A stretch of 64,000 nt of DNA from NCBI GenBank assembly GCA_943841885.1, contig CALSZZ010000001.1, forward strand, positions 265,156 through 329,155, read 5' to 3'. Shown piece by piece: positions 46,696 to 56,674 of the stretch (positions are counted from its first letter, which is position 1; each line of letters begins with the position of its first letter). The DNA comes from Candidatus Thalassarchaeaceae archaeon. Lineage in GTDB: Archaea; Thermoplasmatota; Poseidoniia; Poseidoniales; Thalassarchaeaceae. A program made the position numbers and the translations under genes. The notes below the pieces were generated by a model, which saw nothing but the letters and a program-made list of their open reading frames with translations, was not told the origin of the DNA and searched no databases.

Positions 46696-47034
46696 ATGGG
46701 CATGGATTTGGTCAATGTAGTTGAAAACATCTCACTCAGTCTTTGTGGAATTTCTACCATACTTTGGATATCAATCGGAACTTTATCTAGAACTAAAGAA
46801 GGAGAATTATTAGCTCAAAGAGCTATTATGATATTATGTTCAACTTCTGCATTATCTCTATTTCTCCTACATTACTTAGGAGGGGAATTATGGGAATCTA
46901 GAAATGCTGCTAGACCATTGGCAGTAGTAGCAATAGTTGTAGCAATAACTGCATCGCTTAACATAAAGGGAAAAGACGTACAAGGTGAAACTAATCCTCA
47001 TGAAATAATGAAAATGCGAAGAGAAGATAAATAG
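46696..47034 (+). CDS. hypothetical 3-TM membrane protein
   Basis: Hydrophobic profile only. Confidence 0.4.
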   Translation: MGMDLVNVVENISLSLCGISTILWISIGTLSRTKEGELLAQRAIMILCSTSALSLFLLHYLGGELWESRNAARPLAVVAIVVAITASLNIKGKDVQGETNPHEIMKMRREDK

Positions 47035-47037
47035 CCA

Positions 47038-47367
47038 TTATTCGAACTCTACATTTAATTTATCATCAATAAATGAACGCATATATGCAGGTAATTCACC
47101 ATTTACGAAGATAACATCATTTACATCTTCTAGTTTCATGAGTGAATAATATATTTGCATTGCAGTCATTGGGGTAGCAGAACAGCCCGTACATCCTCCT
47201 TCCAATGAAATCATAATCACTCCATCCGCAGTATCTAGAACATTTACGACGCCGTCGTGTGCATCAAGTATGGCTTGGACTGGACCTACAGACTCTAGAA
47301 TAACTTGTTTGTCTACCATTTGGTAATCTCCCTTGATACACGGAAGAGGGGTTAGGCTTTCAAACAC
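47038..47367 (-). CDS. NifU/Nfu C-terminal-domain Fe-S cluster scaffold-like protein
   Basis: GGCTGCSATPMT, a CxxC motif in the Nfu fold context. The likely true start is ATG 47319, preceded by GGGAGA. Confidence 0.6.
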   Translation of the reverse strand: MFESLTPLPCIKGDYQMVDKQVILESVGPVQAILDAHDGVVNVLDTADGVIMISLEGGCTGCSATPMTAMQIYYSLMKLEDVNDVIFVNGELPAYMRSFIDDKLNVEFE

Positions 47368-47378
47368 TCCCCCTTACG

Positions 47379-48287
47379 GTGTCCATGGTTGGTCATATTC
47401 GGATACTACTACTTGATTTATTGGTTGAAAGAGCAGAATTTGGACACGGAGGGAATCAGGAAGTAATAAGACCATTTTTGAAGAATGCTGATGTTGAAGT
47501 TTTACTATTGACTCCTCAGATGCAATCTTTTGAATCGGGATATAAAACAGAACAGACTTCTCAATTGCCACTAAAAGAAGAAGATGTACCCAACTGGGAT
47601 AATGAATATCCTTTTTGGCAGAACAATATAGTAGATATTGAATCTAAAAAAGTAAATTTTAACAGAATAATTATGCCAATGAGTAGTGACGATTTTATGA
47701 TGAGTGAATGGGTAAATAATCTATCAATTGATGCTTTAGTATGTTCAGGATCTAGGAGAAATGTTAGTATTTGGGAAGAATGGATGGGGCCGGCAGCAAG
47801 TTTGATGAGAGTAACTGCAAAATCTGGCATTCCTACTTTAGGAATTTGTTTTGGACACCAACTACTATGTTACTCACTAGGTAGTGAAATAGAACGTGCT
47901 GATACTTTATCAAGTGGAATTTGGGAATTAAAACTAACTGAATTTGGGAATAACGATCCTTTGCTAACATCGCATTTAAATTCTGATTCACAGATATTCG
48001 GACTCTATACTCATCAAGATCATGTTGTCACAATACCAAAATCAAGTAAATTAGTGGGCATGGCCGAACATAATCTAATTACAGCAATAAGAGTATACGA
48101 TGAATCCGATAATCCACTGCCTGCTTGGGGCATACAATTTCATCCAGAGGCTGCTAGAAAGAGAATAGAACGCGCTTATGAATGGGGGCACATAACAAAA
48201 GAAGAGTTAGCATCATTCAAAGGAGAGCATGACGGTGCCAGCATTCTTTCTTCATTTGCTCGTATCGTATTAGAAAATACTAGTTAA
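47379..48287 (+). CDS. class-I glutamine amidotransferase-like protein
   Basis: LGICFGHQLL nucleophile and GIQFHPE. Carries a long insertion after the first strand-helix. Start is GTG 47379 or ATG 47385. Confidence 0.65.
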   Translation: MSMVGHIRILLLDLLVERAEFGHGGNQEVIRPFLKNADVEVLLLTPQMQSFESGYKTEQTSQLPLKEEDVPNWDNEYPFWQNNIVDIESKKVNFNRIIMPMSSDDFMMSEWVNNLSIDALVCSGSRRNVSIWEEWMGPAASLMRVTAKSGIPTLGICFGHQLLCYSLGSEIERADTLSSGIWELKLTEFGNNDPLLTSHLNSDSQIFGLYTHQDHVVTIPKSSKLVGMAEHNLITAIRVYDESDNPLPAWGIQFHPEAARKRIERAYEWGHITKEELASFKGEHDGASILSSFARIVLENTS

Positions 48288-48364
48288 TAGGTGCCTTATC
48301 ATACCTTTAATCAGGATTCCGGTTATAAGTAACTCTTTGGTCCGCGAGTCAGAAGGTAACCCCC

Positions 48365-50455
48365 ATGAATGAAAATATACCATTATTTGCAGCGGCTGCA
48401 GGAATCTTAGGATTGTTGATTGCATTCGTATTATACAGAAAAGTGAATGAAGTGAAAATTGATAATAAGACAGTAGGAGATATAACTCAAGAAATTCAAG
48501 ATGGAGCGATGGCTTTCCTGTATGCTGAATACAGAGTCTTAAGTGTATTTGTAGTGATTGTTGGTATATTACTATTTTTCCTAAATGATTTTGAGACATC
48601 AATAGCTTTCTTTGCAGGCGCCATTGCATCTGTATTGGCCGGATTTTCTGGCATGAGGGCAGCAACCTCTGCTAATGGTAGAACTGCTATGGCAGCTAAG
48701 AATGAGGGTCAGGCTGGAGCATTGGCGGTATCATACAATGGTGGAGCAGTTATGGGACTCTCAGTAGGAGGACTAGGTTTACTAGGGATATCTTTAGTAG
48801 CATTTTGGTTAGATGCAGCTAATCCTGATACAGAAAACCTATCAGCGGCGGCTGGATTTGGAATGGGTGCATCTTCAATAGCCCTTTTTGCTCGTGTTGG
48901 CGGTGGCATTTACACCAAAGCAGCAGATGTTGGAGCAGACTTAGTTGGTAAAGTAGAAGCCGGCATTCCAGAAGATGATCCGCGAAACCCGGGAGTGATT
49001 GCAGATAATGTTGGAGATAATGTAGGCGATGTAGCAGGAATGGGTGCTGATATTTTTGAATCATTTGTTGGTTCAATTATCGCTGCAATGATTATTGCTA
49101 GTAATTCCGAAGAAATGGGTGTTGATTATGTCATAATGCCGATTATGCTTGGACTTATAGGTTATTTGGCATCAATTATTGGTGTTTTCTCTATGACTTT
49201 CTTAAAAAATGGCTCTGATCCAGCGGCAGCTTTGAGGAATACTACATTTATTGCTGCAATTTTATTCTGGGTTGGTGGATATTTATCAATTACACAAAAT
49301 TTGATGGATGTTGAAATGGGAGTAATGCATTCAGTAGTACTTGGGAGCATAGTGGGAATAATGATTGGTTTAGTCACAGAATACTATACGGGTATTGAAC
49401 CTGTTTTTGGAATAAAAACTACAGCTATTCCCCACATCGGAGAGATGTCGAAAACTGGACCAGCAACAAATGCTATTGCTGGACTTTCAGTAGGAATGAA
49501 GTCAACATTTCTTCCTATAATATTAATTTCTGTAGGAATATTGGGTGCAAATGAATTCAATGGAGGAGGAGAAATGGGGCTTTATGGTATTGCAATGGCT
49601 GCAATGGGAATGTTAGCAACTGTTGGAGTCACCATGACTGTCGATGCTTACGGGCCTGTAGCAGATAATGCAGGAGGAATAGCTGAAATGAGTGCCCTAG
49701 GAGATGATGTCAGGGCGATTACTGATGAACTCGATTCGATAGGAAATACCACCGCTGCAGTTGGCAAAGGTTTTGCAATAGGTTCAGCCGCATTAACTGC
49801 ACTTGCTTTATTTGCAGCATATACTGCTGCAATAGATGGAAATTTGGAGTTAAATCTTACTAATCCAATGGTTGTAATCGGCCTACTAATAGGCGGAGGT
49901 TTACCATTCGTAGTAGCAGCTATGACCATGACATCCGTTGGTAAAGCCGCAGGAGAAATGGTGATAGAAATAAGAAGACAGTTCAAAGAAATACCTGGAT
50001 TATTAGACGGAGTTGAGGGGGTCAAGCCTGATTCAAAGAAATGTGTAGATATTTCAACACAGGCCGCACTTAGAGAAATGGTTGGCCCAGGAGTTGTAGC
50101 AGTTTCCGCACCAGTCATAGTTGGGTTGGCACTAGGCTGGGATGCATTGGGAGGTCTTCTGGCCGGCTCACTTGTCACAGGTGTTTTGATGGCTTTATTT
50201 ATGGCTAATGCAGGGGGTGCTTGGGACAATGCCAAGAAGGCTATTGAACAAGGGCACATTTCAGGTGCAGTGAAAGGAGATTCTGCTCATGATGCAGCAG
50301 TAATTGGAGATACCATAGGAGATCCTTTCAAAGATACCTCAGGACCATCACTTAACATTCTTATTAAACTAATGTCAATAGTTGCCGTAGTACTTGCGGG
50401 AACTGGTCAATTGAATGCCGAAGGTTGGTTACTTGAATTTTTGAATAATCTATAA
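48365..50455 (+). CDS. hppA: membrane-bound H+/Na+-translocating pyrophosphatase
   Basis: [58 protein letters not shown]. Confidence 0.95.
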   Translation: MNENIPLFAAAAGILGLLIAFVLYRKVNEVKIDNKTVGDITQEIQDGAMAFLYAEYRVLSVFVVIVGILLFFLNDFETSIAFFAGAIASVLAGFSGMRAATSANGRTAMAAKNEGQAGALAVSYNGGAVMGLSVGGLGLLGISLVAFWLDAANPDTENLSAAAGFGMGASSIALFARVGGGIYTKAADVGADLVGKVEAGIPEDDPRNPGVIADNVGDNVGDVAGMGADIFESFVGSIIAAMIIASNSEEMGVDYVIMPIMLGLIGYLASIIGVFSMTFLKNGSDPAAALRNTTFIAAILFWVGGYLSITQNLMDVEMGVMHSVVLGSIVGIMIGLVTEYYTGIEPVFGIKTTAIPHIGEMSKTGPATNAIAGLSVGMKSTFLPIILISVGILGANEFNGGGEMGLYGIAMAAMGMLATVGVTMTVDAYGPVADNAGGIAEMSALGDDVRAITDELDSIGNTTAAVGKGFAIGSAALTALALFAAYTAAIDGNLELNLTNPMVVIGLLIGGGLPFVVAAMTMTSVGKAAGEMVIEIRRQFKEIPGLLDGVEGVKPDSKKCVDISTQAALREMVGPGVVAVSAPVIVGLALGWDALGGLLAGSLVTGVLMALFMANAGGAWDNAKKAIEQGHISGAVKGDSAHDAAVIGDTIGDPFKDTSGPSLNILIKLMSIVAVVLAGTGQLNAEGWLLEFLNNL

Positions 50456-50505
50456 CTGAACCAATTACCGTTACACTCTTGACCAATGAGCGATGTGCTC
50501 ATTTC

Positions 50506-51465
50506 ATGGATAAGGTATTTTCATTTGTAATGGCAATTTTATTTTTCAGTACAATATTGTCAGGATGTACTGCACTTGAAAATGATTCAGATGCAAATTC
50601 TGATAATATCATAGATGTCCCTACTTGGGAAATTGGAGAAAATTGGCTTTACACGTTCACCACACCAGAATATAGTGATGATACGGCTAAACTAGTCGTT
50701 GCTTCAGATAGTGAAGAAGAAGGTACGGCATACATGTTAACAATCTCCAGTTTAACAGAAGCAAGAAGGCATGCAGTCTTGAATCATAATCCTTTTTTGG
50801 GAAGAATGACACATAGTGATTTAAGCACCTTTGAAAATGGCGTCCCCCAACTAGTTATGGATTTTCCTTTAGAATTAAGCAAAATTTGGAATTATACTTT
50901 ATTCGGCATGGAATGGAGTGCAAATGTGATATCAATAGACCGAAATATTGCCGTTATTCAAGCTTCCTCGGACGAAGGGTCGAAATTAGTTTACTCTTAT
51001 GATTCAGAAATAGAATTCTTTCGAATGTTCACATGGACTGATAATGAAAATATTGAACAATTGAAGATGATGTTTGTAGAAAAAGGAGATATATATTCTG
51101 GAGATGTGTACTTCGTAAGAGGAGGAGATCTTTACTCCAACACATGGCAAAGTAACGGCCCTGATATAGAAATTGAAGATTCTTTTTTGGTCAGTAATCA
51201 TCCAAACGATGGAGAATGGGATGAAATGATTTACTTTTTAGATGCTGAATGTGGAGGTGGATCATCTTCTATTACATTGACACTAAGAGATCATTTATCT
51301 GCAACCGCTCTATTTAGGGCATATGGCCCTGGGTCAAGTGAGCTTGGAACTCTAGGAACTATTCCTTATCCTAGTGAAGAGTATACACTCACTGCAACAT
51401 TAACAGGGAATAGTATGTTAAGATTAATCTTTGCTGGTGGTATAACTCAATCTTGGACACTATGA
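50506..51465 (+). CDS. hypothetical secreted lipoprotein
   Basis: Signal peptide plus lipobox ILSGC. No domain recognised. The track ORF starts at TTG 50479. Confidence 0.5.
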   Translation: MDKVFSFVMAILFFSTILSGCTALENDSDANSDNIIDVPTWEIGENWLYTFTTPEYSDDTAKLVVASDSEEEGTAYMLTISSLTEARRHAVLNHNPFLGRMTHSDLSTFENGVPQLVMDFPLELSKIWNYTLFGMEWSANVISIDRNIAVIQASSDEGSKLVYSYDSEIEFFRMFTWTDNENIEQLKMMFVEKGDIYSGDVYFVRGGDLYSNTWQSNGPDIEIEDSFLVSNHPNDGEWDEMIYFLDAECGGGSSSITLTLRDHLSATALFRAYGPGSSELGTLGTIPYPSEEYTLTATLTGNSMLRLIFAGGITQSWTL

Positions 51466-51474
51466 GGGTCAAAG

Positions 51475-52071
51475 ATGAAAGGTACACTAGTGATGTTACA
51501 TGGCATGACTGGTAATGCGAATAAAATGCTTCCATTGGCTAAAAAAATAGTCCCTGAAGGCTGGAAAATATTTTGCCCTGAAGCAATAATCCCTCATCCA
51601 ACAAGAGGAGGTTTCGCATGGTGGCTTAGAGATGAGTTTAACGACCCTTCAGGACCATTAAATCCATTGAATGAAGTGGCAATGAAACAAGCAAATGAAT
51701 CTGTCACCAGAGTTATTCAAGAGTTACCTGAAGGTCCTTTGATAGTTGGAGGATTTTCTCAGGGGGGAGCGATAGCCTCAATGATGTTAGAACGAAGTAT
51801 TCAAGATAGGATAATAGGATTAGTACTTATTGCCACTAAGACCATAAATCCTGATGGATTGAAATCTGCTGTTTCTAAGATTTGGCCTAGGCCTATTATT
51901 TGGATGCATGGAAAAAAAGATCACCTAATTCCAATTTCAGTAGGCGAACAACACATGAATATTTTTAATGATGTTTCTTGGCCAATTACTGAATTTAAAC
52001 ATCATAAAGGGCATATGATAGATATATCCAAAACAAATGAATTAATACAAGCAATTCAAATGATGGTTTAA
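51475..52071 (+). CDS. phospholipase/carboxylesterase-family alpha/beta hydrolase
   Basis: GFSQGG nucleophile elbow, HG.KD..IP, C-terminal HKGH. Confidence 0.7.
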   Translation: MKGTLVMLHGMTGNANKMLPLAKKIVPEGWKIFCPEAIIPHPTRGGFAWWLRDEFNDPSGPLNPLNEVAMKQANESVTRVIQELPEGPLIVGGFSQGGAIASMMLERSIQDRIIGLVLIATKTINPDGLKSAVSKIWPRPIIWMHGKKDHLIPISVGEQHMNIFNDVSWPITEFKHHKGHMIDISKTNELIQAIQMMV

Positions 52072-52144
52072 GTTCCTGAAGGTAATCAATCCTTAATTGA
52101 TAAATGTCCAATAATATCTAATAGTACCGTTACTAATTTATTTT

Positions 52145-53002
52145 ATGTTTCCTGACCCTCGTACTGAGAAGGGATCGATGGGGATTGGTTTGATGATAGT
52201 ATTCGTTGCATTAATTTTTGCTGCTTCAATATCTACAACAGTAATAATGAAACAAGCAGAGGATATATCTGAAAAGGGAGATTCAGTTTCAAATGGCATT
52301 AGCGATAGCATAAATAAAAGAGTTGAGCTTGTTGGAGCATGGATTGCAGGCGGCATAGATTGTTCTGCTGAACTTTTTCAACATTCTACCTTTGGGGGTT
52401 GGTCAGTGGTCTTCGATGTAGGAGATTATGATAGAACTGCAATGGAGGCTCTAGGGGCCACGGATAATGATGCTTCTTCAATAAAGGTAGAGGAGGGGTG
52501 CAATATAATAATGTATGAAGGCGAAAGTTTTGATGGTACATGGATCGCTTACTTTGGCGCTGGAGATCATACATTAGCTTCGATAGAAGCCGCAGGAGGG
52601 GCCAATGATCAAATATCTTCAATATCAGTAATGAGTTTTTCATTAGTTTTATTTTTGGAATTAGGAGTAGGTTCATCTTCGGTATTGGTTGATGACATAA
52701 GTACATCAACAGTTTGTGCAAATGGTGATAGTTTAGGAGTTGATTATTCCCTAATTGTAGATTCTGGTGCACGCTTAATTGGAAATACCAATACACTAGG
52801 TGAAGATGCTAATATTGCCCTAGGAGAAGTAATCACTGATAAGATGACAGTTAGAGTTGAAATGGCCTTTAATCTATGTGTGCCAAATATAGACTTCAGG
52901 CTCCCTTTAGATATTAATGTAAATTATGGTGCTACCACTAGTTACACATTGCCCATTGGATCGGATGAAATAGGGTATGACTTGATGCATCAGCCTTGGT
53001 AA
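52145..53002 (+). CDS. archaellin/type-IV-pilin-like protein with inserted beta-gamma-crystallin domain
   Basis: Class III signal peptide EKGSMG/IGLMIVFVALIFAASISTTVI. Archaellin-like strands RVELVGAWIAGG and LELGVGSSSVLVDDIST. Two Greek-key motifs lie between them. Confidence 0.65.
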   Translation: MFPDPRTEKGSMGIGLMIVFVALIFAASISTTVIMKQAEDISEKGDSVSNGISDSINKRVELVGAWIAGGIDCSAELFQHSTFGGWSVVFDVGDYDRTAMEALGATDNDASSIKVEEGCNIIMYEGESFDGTWIAYFGAGDHTLASIEAAGGANDQISSISVMSFSLVLFLELGVGSSSVLVDDISTSTVCANGDSLGVDYSLIVDSGARLIGNTNTLGEDANIALGEVITDKMTVRVEMAFNLCVPNIDFRLPLDINVNYGATTSYTLPIGSDEIGYDLMHQPW

Positions 53003-53062
53003 ATTTTGAATAAGAAGCATATAATTTTTAGATTTCTTATCTTATAAATAATAGAATGGTAA

Positions 53063-53788
53063 TTATATCCTATGTGAATATAATTTTTCATATAGTGGCT
53101 TACATTCTTGATAAATTATTTCATTGGAATCTGATAAATCTATTTTGCTATTTTTGTAATTTTTGAATGCAGTCGTTTTCCAAACTTCTTGGTACCAATG
53201 TTTTGACCAAATTCCATCACATTTTTTAGGACCTAACTTCCACGACAGCATTGACTTATCAAATTTTATATCTAGTTCCATACATAATTTAGTTAGCATG
53301 GATATAGGATCTTTCAATATATCTGAGGAATCGATAATTGTTACATTTTTACCTGTAGTTTCAAGAATATATTCAAAAATTCTAACCTGTTCAATTAAAC
53401 CTGTTGAGTTTAAATTAATATTGGATATTTTGTTAGACAGGGAAAGTATTACTTCTTTTGGATCTCTTATAAGAATACAATTATTTAGTTTGGAAATCCA
53501 AGAAATATCCATTTCAGGGAGTAAATGATGCGCCATATGTTTTTGATAATGTATTTTTGCCCCATCTAGATTAGCACTACAGATTTCGTTGATTATCTTA
53601 TTAATATCCCAATTTTGATTATCTATTATTTCCGTCCTTCCAGGATGTAAAATTCCAGTATTCAATAAATAATTTGGATACAAAGGCTCATCAATACAAA
53701 TTGTATCTATTCTATTATTGAAGGAATACATTAGTGCTGTCGATATATTTCTTGGACCAGACCACATAGCAATTCTATTATTTGACAT
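53063..53788 (-). CDS. sulfotransferase-fold / P-loop-like protein
   Basis: MWSGPRNISTALMYSF N-terminus. ATG 53788 is preceded by AGGGAG and overlaps the upstream aminotransferase by 11 nt. Family assignment is from recollection only. Confidence 0.4.
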   Translation of the reverse strand: MSNNRIAMWSGPRNISTALMYSFNNRIDTICIDEPLYPNYLLNTGILHPGRTEIIDNQNWDINKIINEICSANLDGAKIHYQKHMAHHLLPEMDISWISKLNNCILIRDPKEVILSLSNKISNINLNSTGLIEQVRIFEYILETTGKNVTIIDSSDILKDPISMLTKLCMELDIKFDKSMLSWKLGPKKCDGIWSKHWYQEVWKTTAFKNYKNSKIDLSDSNEIIYQECKPLYEKLYSHRI

Positions 53789-54731
53789 GACAAACTCCCT
53801 CAATCATCTCAACATATAATTTCTGTAATTTTTCAACTATCGGTCCCCTGATGCCATCGCTTATTATTTCATGATCAAAACTATTCACTGGTATTATACC
53901 GGCAAAGGTTCCCGTGACAAAAGCCTCATCTGCTAATCTGACATCATCAATAGTAAAGTTTTTTTCAAAACAAGGAATTTGATTTTTTTTACAAATATTG
54001 ATTATTTTCTGCCTAGTTATTCCATCAAGGCAGAATTCTCCTGTTGAAGTCCATACTTCTCCATCTTTTATCATGAAAAAATGTGTTGAGTTGCAGGTGC
54101 TTACATAGCCATCTACATCGAGCATTAAGCCTTCTTCGCCACCTTTTTTTTCTGCGTCGATACAGGCTGCAATACAATTATGTTTTGAAAGACTATTAAT
54201 CCTAGGATCTTGAGAGTTATGAGTACCGCGTATTATATCTACAGTGACTAAGGAAATACCTTCTATGGTACGACCTATATTCGCTTTTTTATATTCAGGT
54301 ATAATTACCATTGTAGGAGGGCTTGAGATAACCCATGGGGCCTGATAAGGAGTTGGCTTTAATCCACGAGTAATAATTAATCTTATATGGACATCATCAT
54401 ACATTTTATTTGAATCGATAACATTTGCTATTTCTGATAAAATTTCTTCCTTTGAATATGGAATATTCAAAGATATACTTGAAGCTCCATTGAACAGACG
54501 ATCTAAATGATCATCTATGAAAACTAGGTTACCCTGATGGAGTCTGAATGATTCCCAAATTCCATCGCCTAAAAGAAATCCAGAATCAAAAACGGATATT
54601 TTGGCATCAGATCTTTTAAATAATTTTTTATTGATTGAAATCCATACATCATCATTTCGGCCATCAGTAATATATTCATGCGTCCCCATATACTTTCGTA
54701 ACTGAGTATTCTTTTCAAAGATATTTATCAT
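53778..54731 (-). CDS. class-IV (fold type IV) PLP aminotransferase, BCAT/D-amino-acid aminotransferase-like
   Basis: DSGFLLGDGIWESFR, SLSKHN.. (PLP Lys region), EGLMLD, VTGTFAGIIPV. Confidence 0.75.
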   Translation of the reverse strand: MINIFEKNTQLRKYMGTHEYITDGRNDDVWISINKKLFKRSDAKISVFDSGFLLGDGIWESFRLHQGNLVFIDDHLDRLFNGASSISLNIPYSKEEILSEIANVIDSNKMYDDVHIRLIITRGLKPTPYQAPWVISSPPTMVIIPEYKKANIGRTIEGISLVTVDIIRGTHNSQDPRINSLSKHNCIAACIDAEKKGGEEGLMLDVDGYVSTCNSTHFFMIKDGEVWTSTGEFCLDGITRQKIINICKKNQIPCFEKNFTIDDVRLADEAFVTGTFAGIIPVNSFDHEIISDGIRGPIVEKLQKLYVEMIEGVCHVK

Positions 54732-54806
54732 TAAAATATGTTTTCTGAAAAAATTCTAGAACGTAAATAGATAAGTGCGATATATTACTTCTGTCTCCGT
54801 GAGACA

Positions 54807-56237
54807 ATGGTAAAGATACTGAATAAGGAAATAGTCATTTCTTTTTTGATAGTAATAAGTACTTTTACCGCAGGATGTTTAGAAGAAAATAAGTCACCAG
54901 TAAGGGACGAGATTCCAAATTGGGACAAAGATATGGATTATGTTGATGACCCAAATAGTCACGATGATTCGAGAAATTTTGTAGTTGAAAACCCGATATA
55001 TAATGAAACTTGGGGAAATTCTTCTTGGGCGATTTTTGGTAATGAAGAAGGTGGAAATTGTTGTGAGCATTATTTGGCAGGTACTAAAGAAGGTTGGATA
55101 GTAAACTTTGGTGGCGAATATCCAACTTGGTCAGAAGATAGAGGCCATACATGGAATGAATATATACCAGGCGTGTTTTCTCAAATTGGATGTTTGGAAC
55201 CAAAACCAACAATCCCAGGGCAAGAAGGGCTGGGAGAAGGAAGCATAGTACAGGCAACTAATGGTGATTTAATTTCAATGGGGTGGTTTCCTTACCCCAG
55301 TACTAGCGGTGCCGACCAATTTTATGCTTTCTTGTATGATGCAGATAATCAAGAGTGGAATTGGTGTTTCAATAGAACTCCTGAGCCATTTTACGATAGA
55401 TCATGGCAAGTTGAAGTGATTGGCCCCATTAATGGAGGAATATATGGGAATGGCGATTATGCTAGTATTGTAATATCAAATTTTTGGCATCAAGTACAGA
55501 ATATTGGTGGGCAAATATCTACTGATGGTTTAAATTATGATTATTTTAGTTTCCCAGATAGAGATTCATCTCTAGATGTTATTGAAGTTGATCTAACCTC
55601 TGAAATATTGGGTGAAGAATGGGACTTTACAAAACCACATAAAGAAATGAGGGCTTTTCCTGTACCCTCTGGGGGCCTTTATTTTCCAAATTATTTTATA
55701 GACGGTAGTGATGCTTATGTCGATACATCACTTAATTGGTGGTCTGCAACAACACTCAATGGGTCCTCATTACCTTCTGAGTATTGTGCAATTGATTCAT
55801 CTACAGCATTACATTGTTTATTAGCAAGCGGTAGTACATTACAACACTTAATGTCTTGGGATGGTGGAGAAACATGGGAAAATAATACTTATGATTTACA
55901 AAATCATGCAAGTGGGATTGAAGAATGGGAGTTTCATTCGAATGGAGTTCATGACTTGTTTGTATTAAATGTCAGATACCAGAGTACAGAGGGCCCGGAT
56001 ATAGACATAGCATGGCATGTGAGGGAATATTCTGAAAGTTTAATACCTGATACAAAAACATATCTTGGACAGGGAGATTTAGACTCGACTTCAGGAGCAG
56101 GTGCTGACATAAGATTTGACTTTGCTAGTATGGGAATTCTCCCAGATGGTGGTTCATTTATCGCTTATCACGATTCTACTGACCCGGATCCTTTGTTTGG
56201 CCTTGAAATGTTATTACCTGAATCTTACAAAATGTGA
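54807..56237 (+). CDS. BNR/Asp-box repeat lipoprotein (sialidase-fold-like)
   Basis: Lipobox FTAGC. Asp-box motifs SEDRGHTW and SWDGGETW. Confidence 0.6.
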   Translation: MVKILNKEIVISFLIVISTFTAGCLEENKSPVRDEIPNWDKDMDYVDDPNSHDDSRNFVVENPIYNETWGNSSWAIFGNEEGGNCCEHYLAGTKEGWIVNFGGEYPTWSEDRGHTWNEYIPGVFSQIGCLEPKPTIPGQEGLGEGSIVQATNGDLISMGWFPYPSTSGADQFYAFLYDADNQEWNWCFNRTPEPFYDRSWQVEVIGPINGGIYGNGDYASIVISNFWHQVQNIGGQISTDGLNYDYFSFPDRDSSLDVIEVDLTSEILGEEWDFTKPHKEMRAFPVPSGGLYFPNYFIDGSDAYVDTSLNWWSATTLNGSSLPSEYCAIDSSTALHCLLASGSTLQHLMSWDGGETWENNTYDLQNHASGIEEWEFHSNGVHDLFVLNVRYQSTEGPDIDIAWHVREYSESLIPDTKTYLGQGDLDSTSGAGADIRFDFASMGILPDGGSFIAYHDSTDPDPLFGLEMLLPESYKM

Positions 56238-56277
56238 GCAGATTTTTAAAAAATATTAATTTAAGATAATAAATATA

Positions 56278-56652
56278 TTAATTATTTAATAAATTTAATT
56301 TATTATTCAAAGCAGAAGTGAAATCATTTACTGATTTATTACAATTTTCAAGTTCTTCAGATGATAAAATAACATGAAGGGAATCATTTGTTTGAACTAA
56401 TACACATGGAGTTTTATTTTCAGAAGCAGCTATGACTTCCGTAGATCTCTCATTTAGATGTAACAAATCAAACGGTATTGATAATTCTTTAGAGAAAATT
56501 TTCCATTCTTTTTTCATTGTAATTTTATTATGAGTAATATCGCATAATGAACAATGTATATTTCCGGTATATTTACCAAAAATATAAGCTAATTCTCCAA
56601 CTAACCCGCCATCGGCATGATAAATTCCATAGAGTTTTTCTACAACTTTCAT
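56278..56652 (-). CDS. hypothetical protein with CxxC motif
   Basis: HCSLCDITH. No family recognised. Confidence 0.4.
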   Translation of the reverse strand: MKVVEKLYGIYHADGGLVGELAYIFGKYTGNIHCSLCDITHNKITMKKEWKIFSKELSIPFDLLHLNERSTEVIAASENKTPCVLVQTNDSLHVILSSEELENCNKSVNDFTSALNNKLNLLNN

Positions 56653-56674
56653 ACTATCATGAAACTAAATGAAC

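Noticed and set aside
48270-48665. 131-aa minus-strand ORF across the GATase end and hppA start
   Set aside because: It is antisense to two confident genes and gives a His/Gln/Leu-rich shadow-frame translation.
49648-50259. 203-aa minus-strand ORF, plus smaller ones at 48709-49076 and 49162-49377, inside hppA
   Set aside because: These lie antisense to a confidently identified pyrophosphatase. Their translations are low-complexity Ala/Pro/Ser-rich shadow-frame sequence with no motifs.
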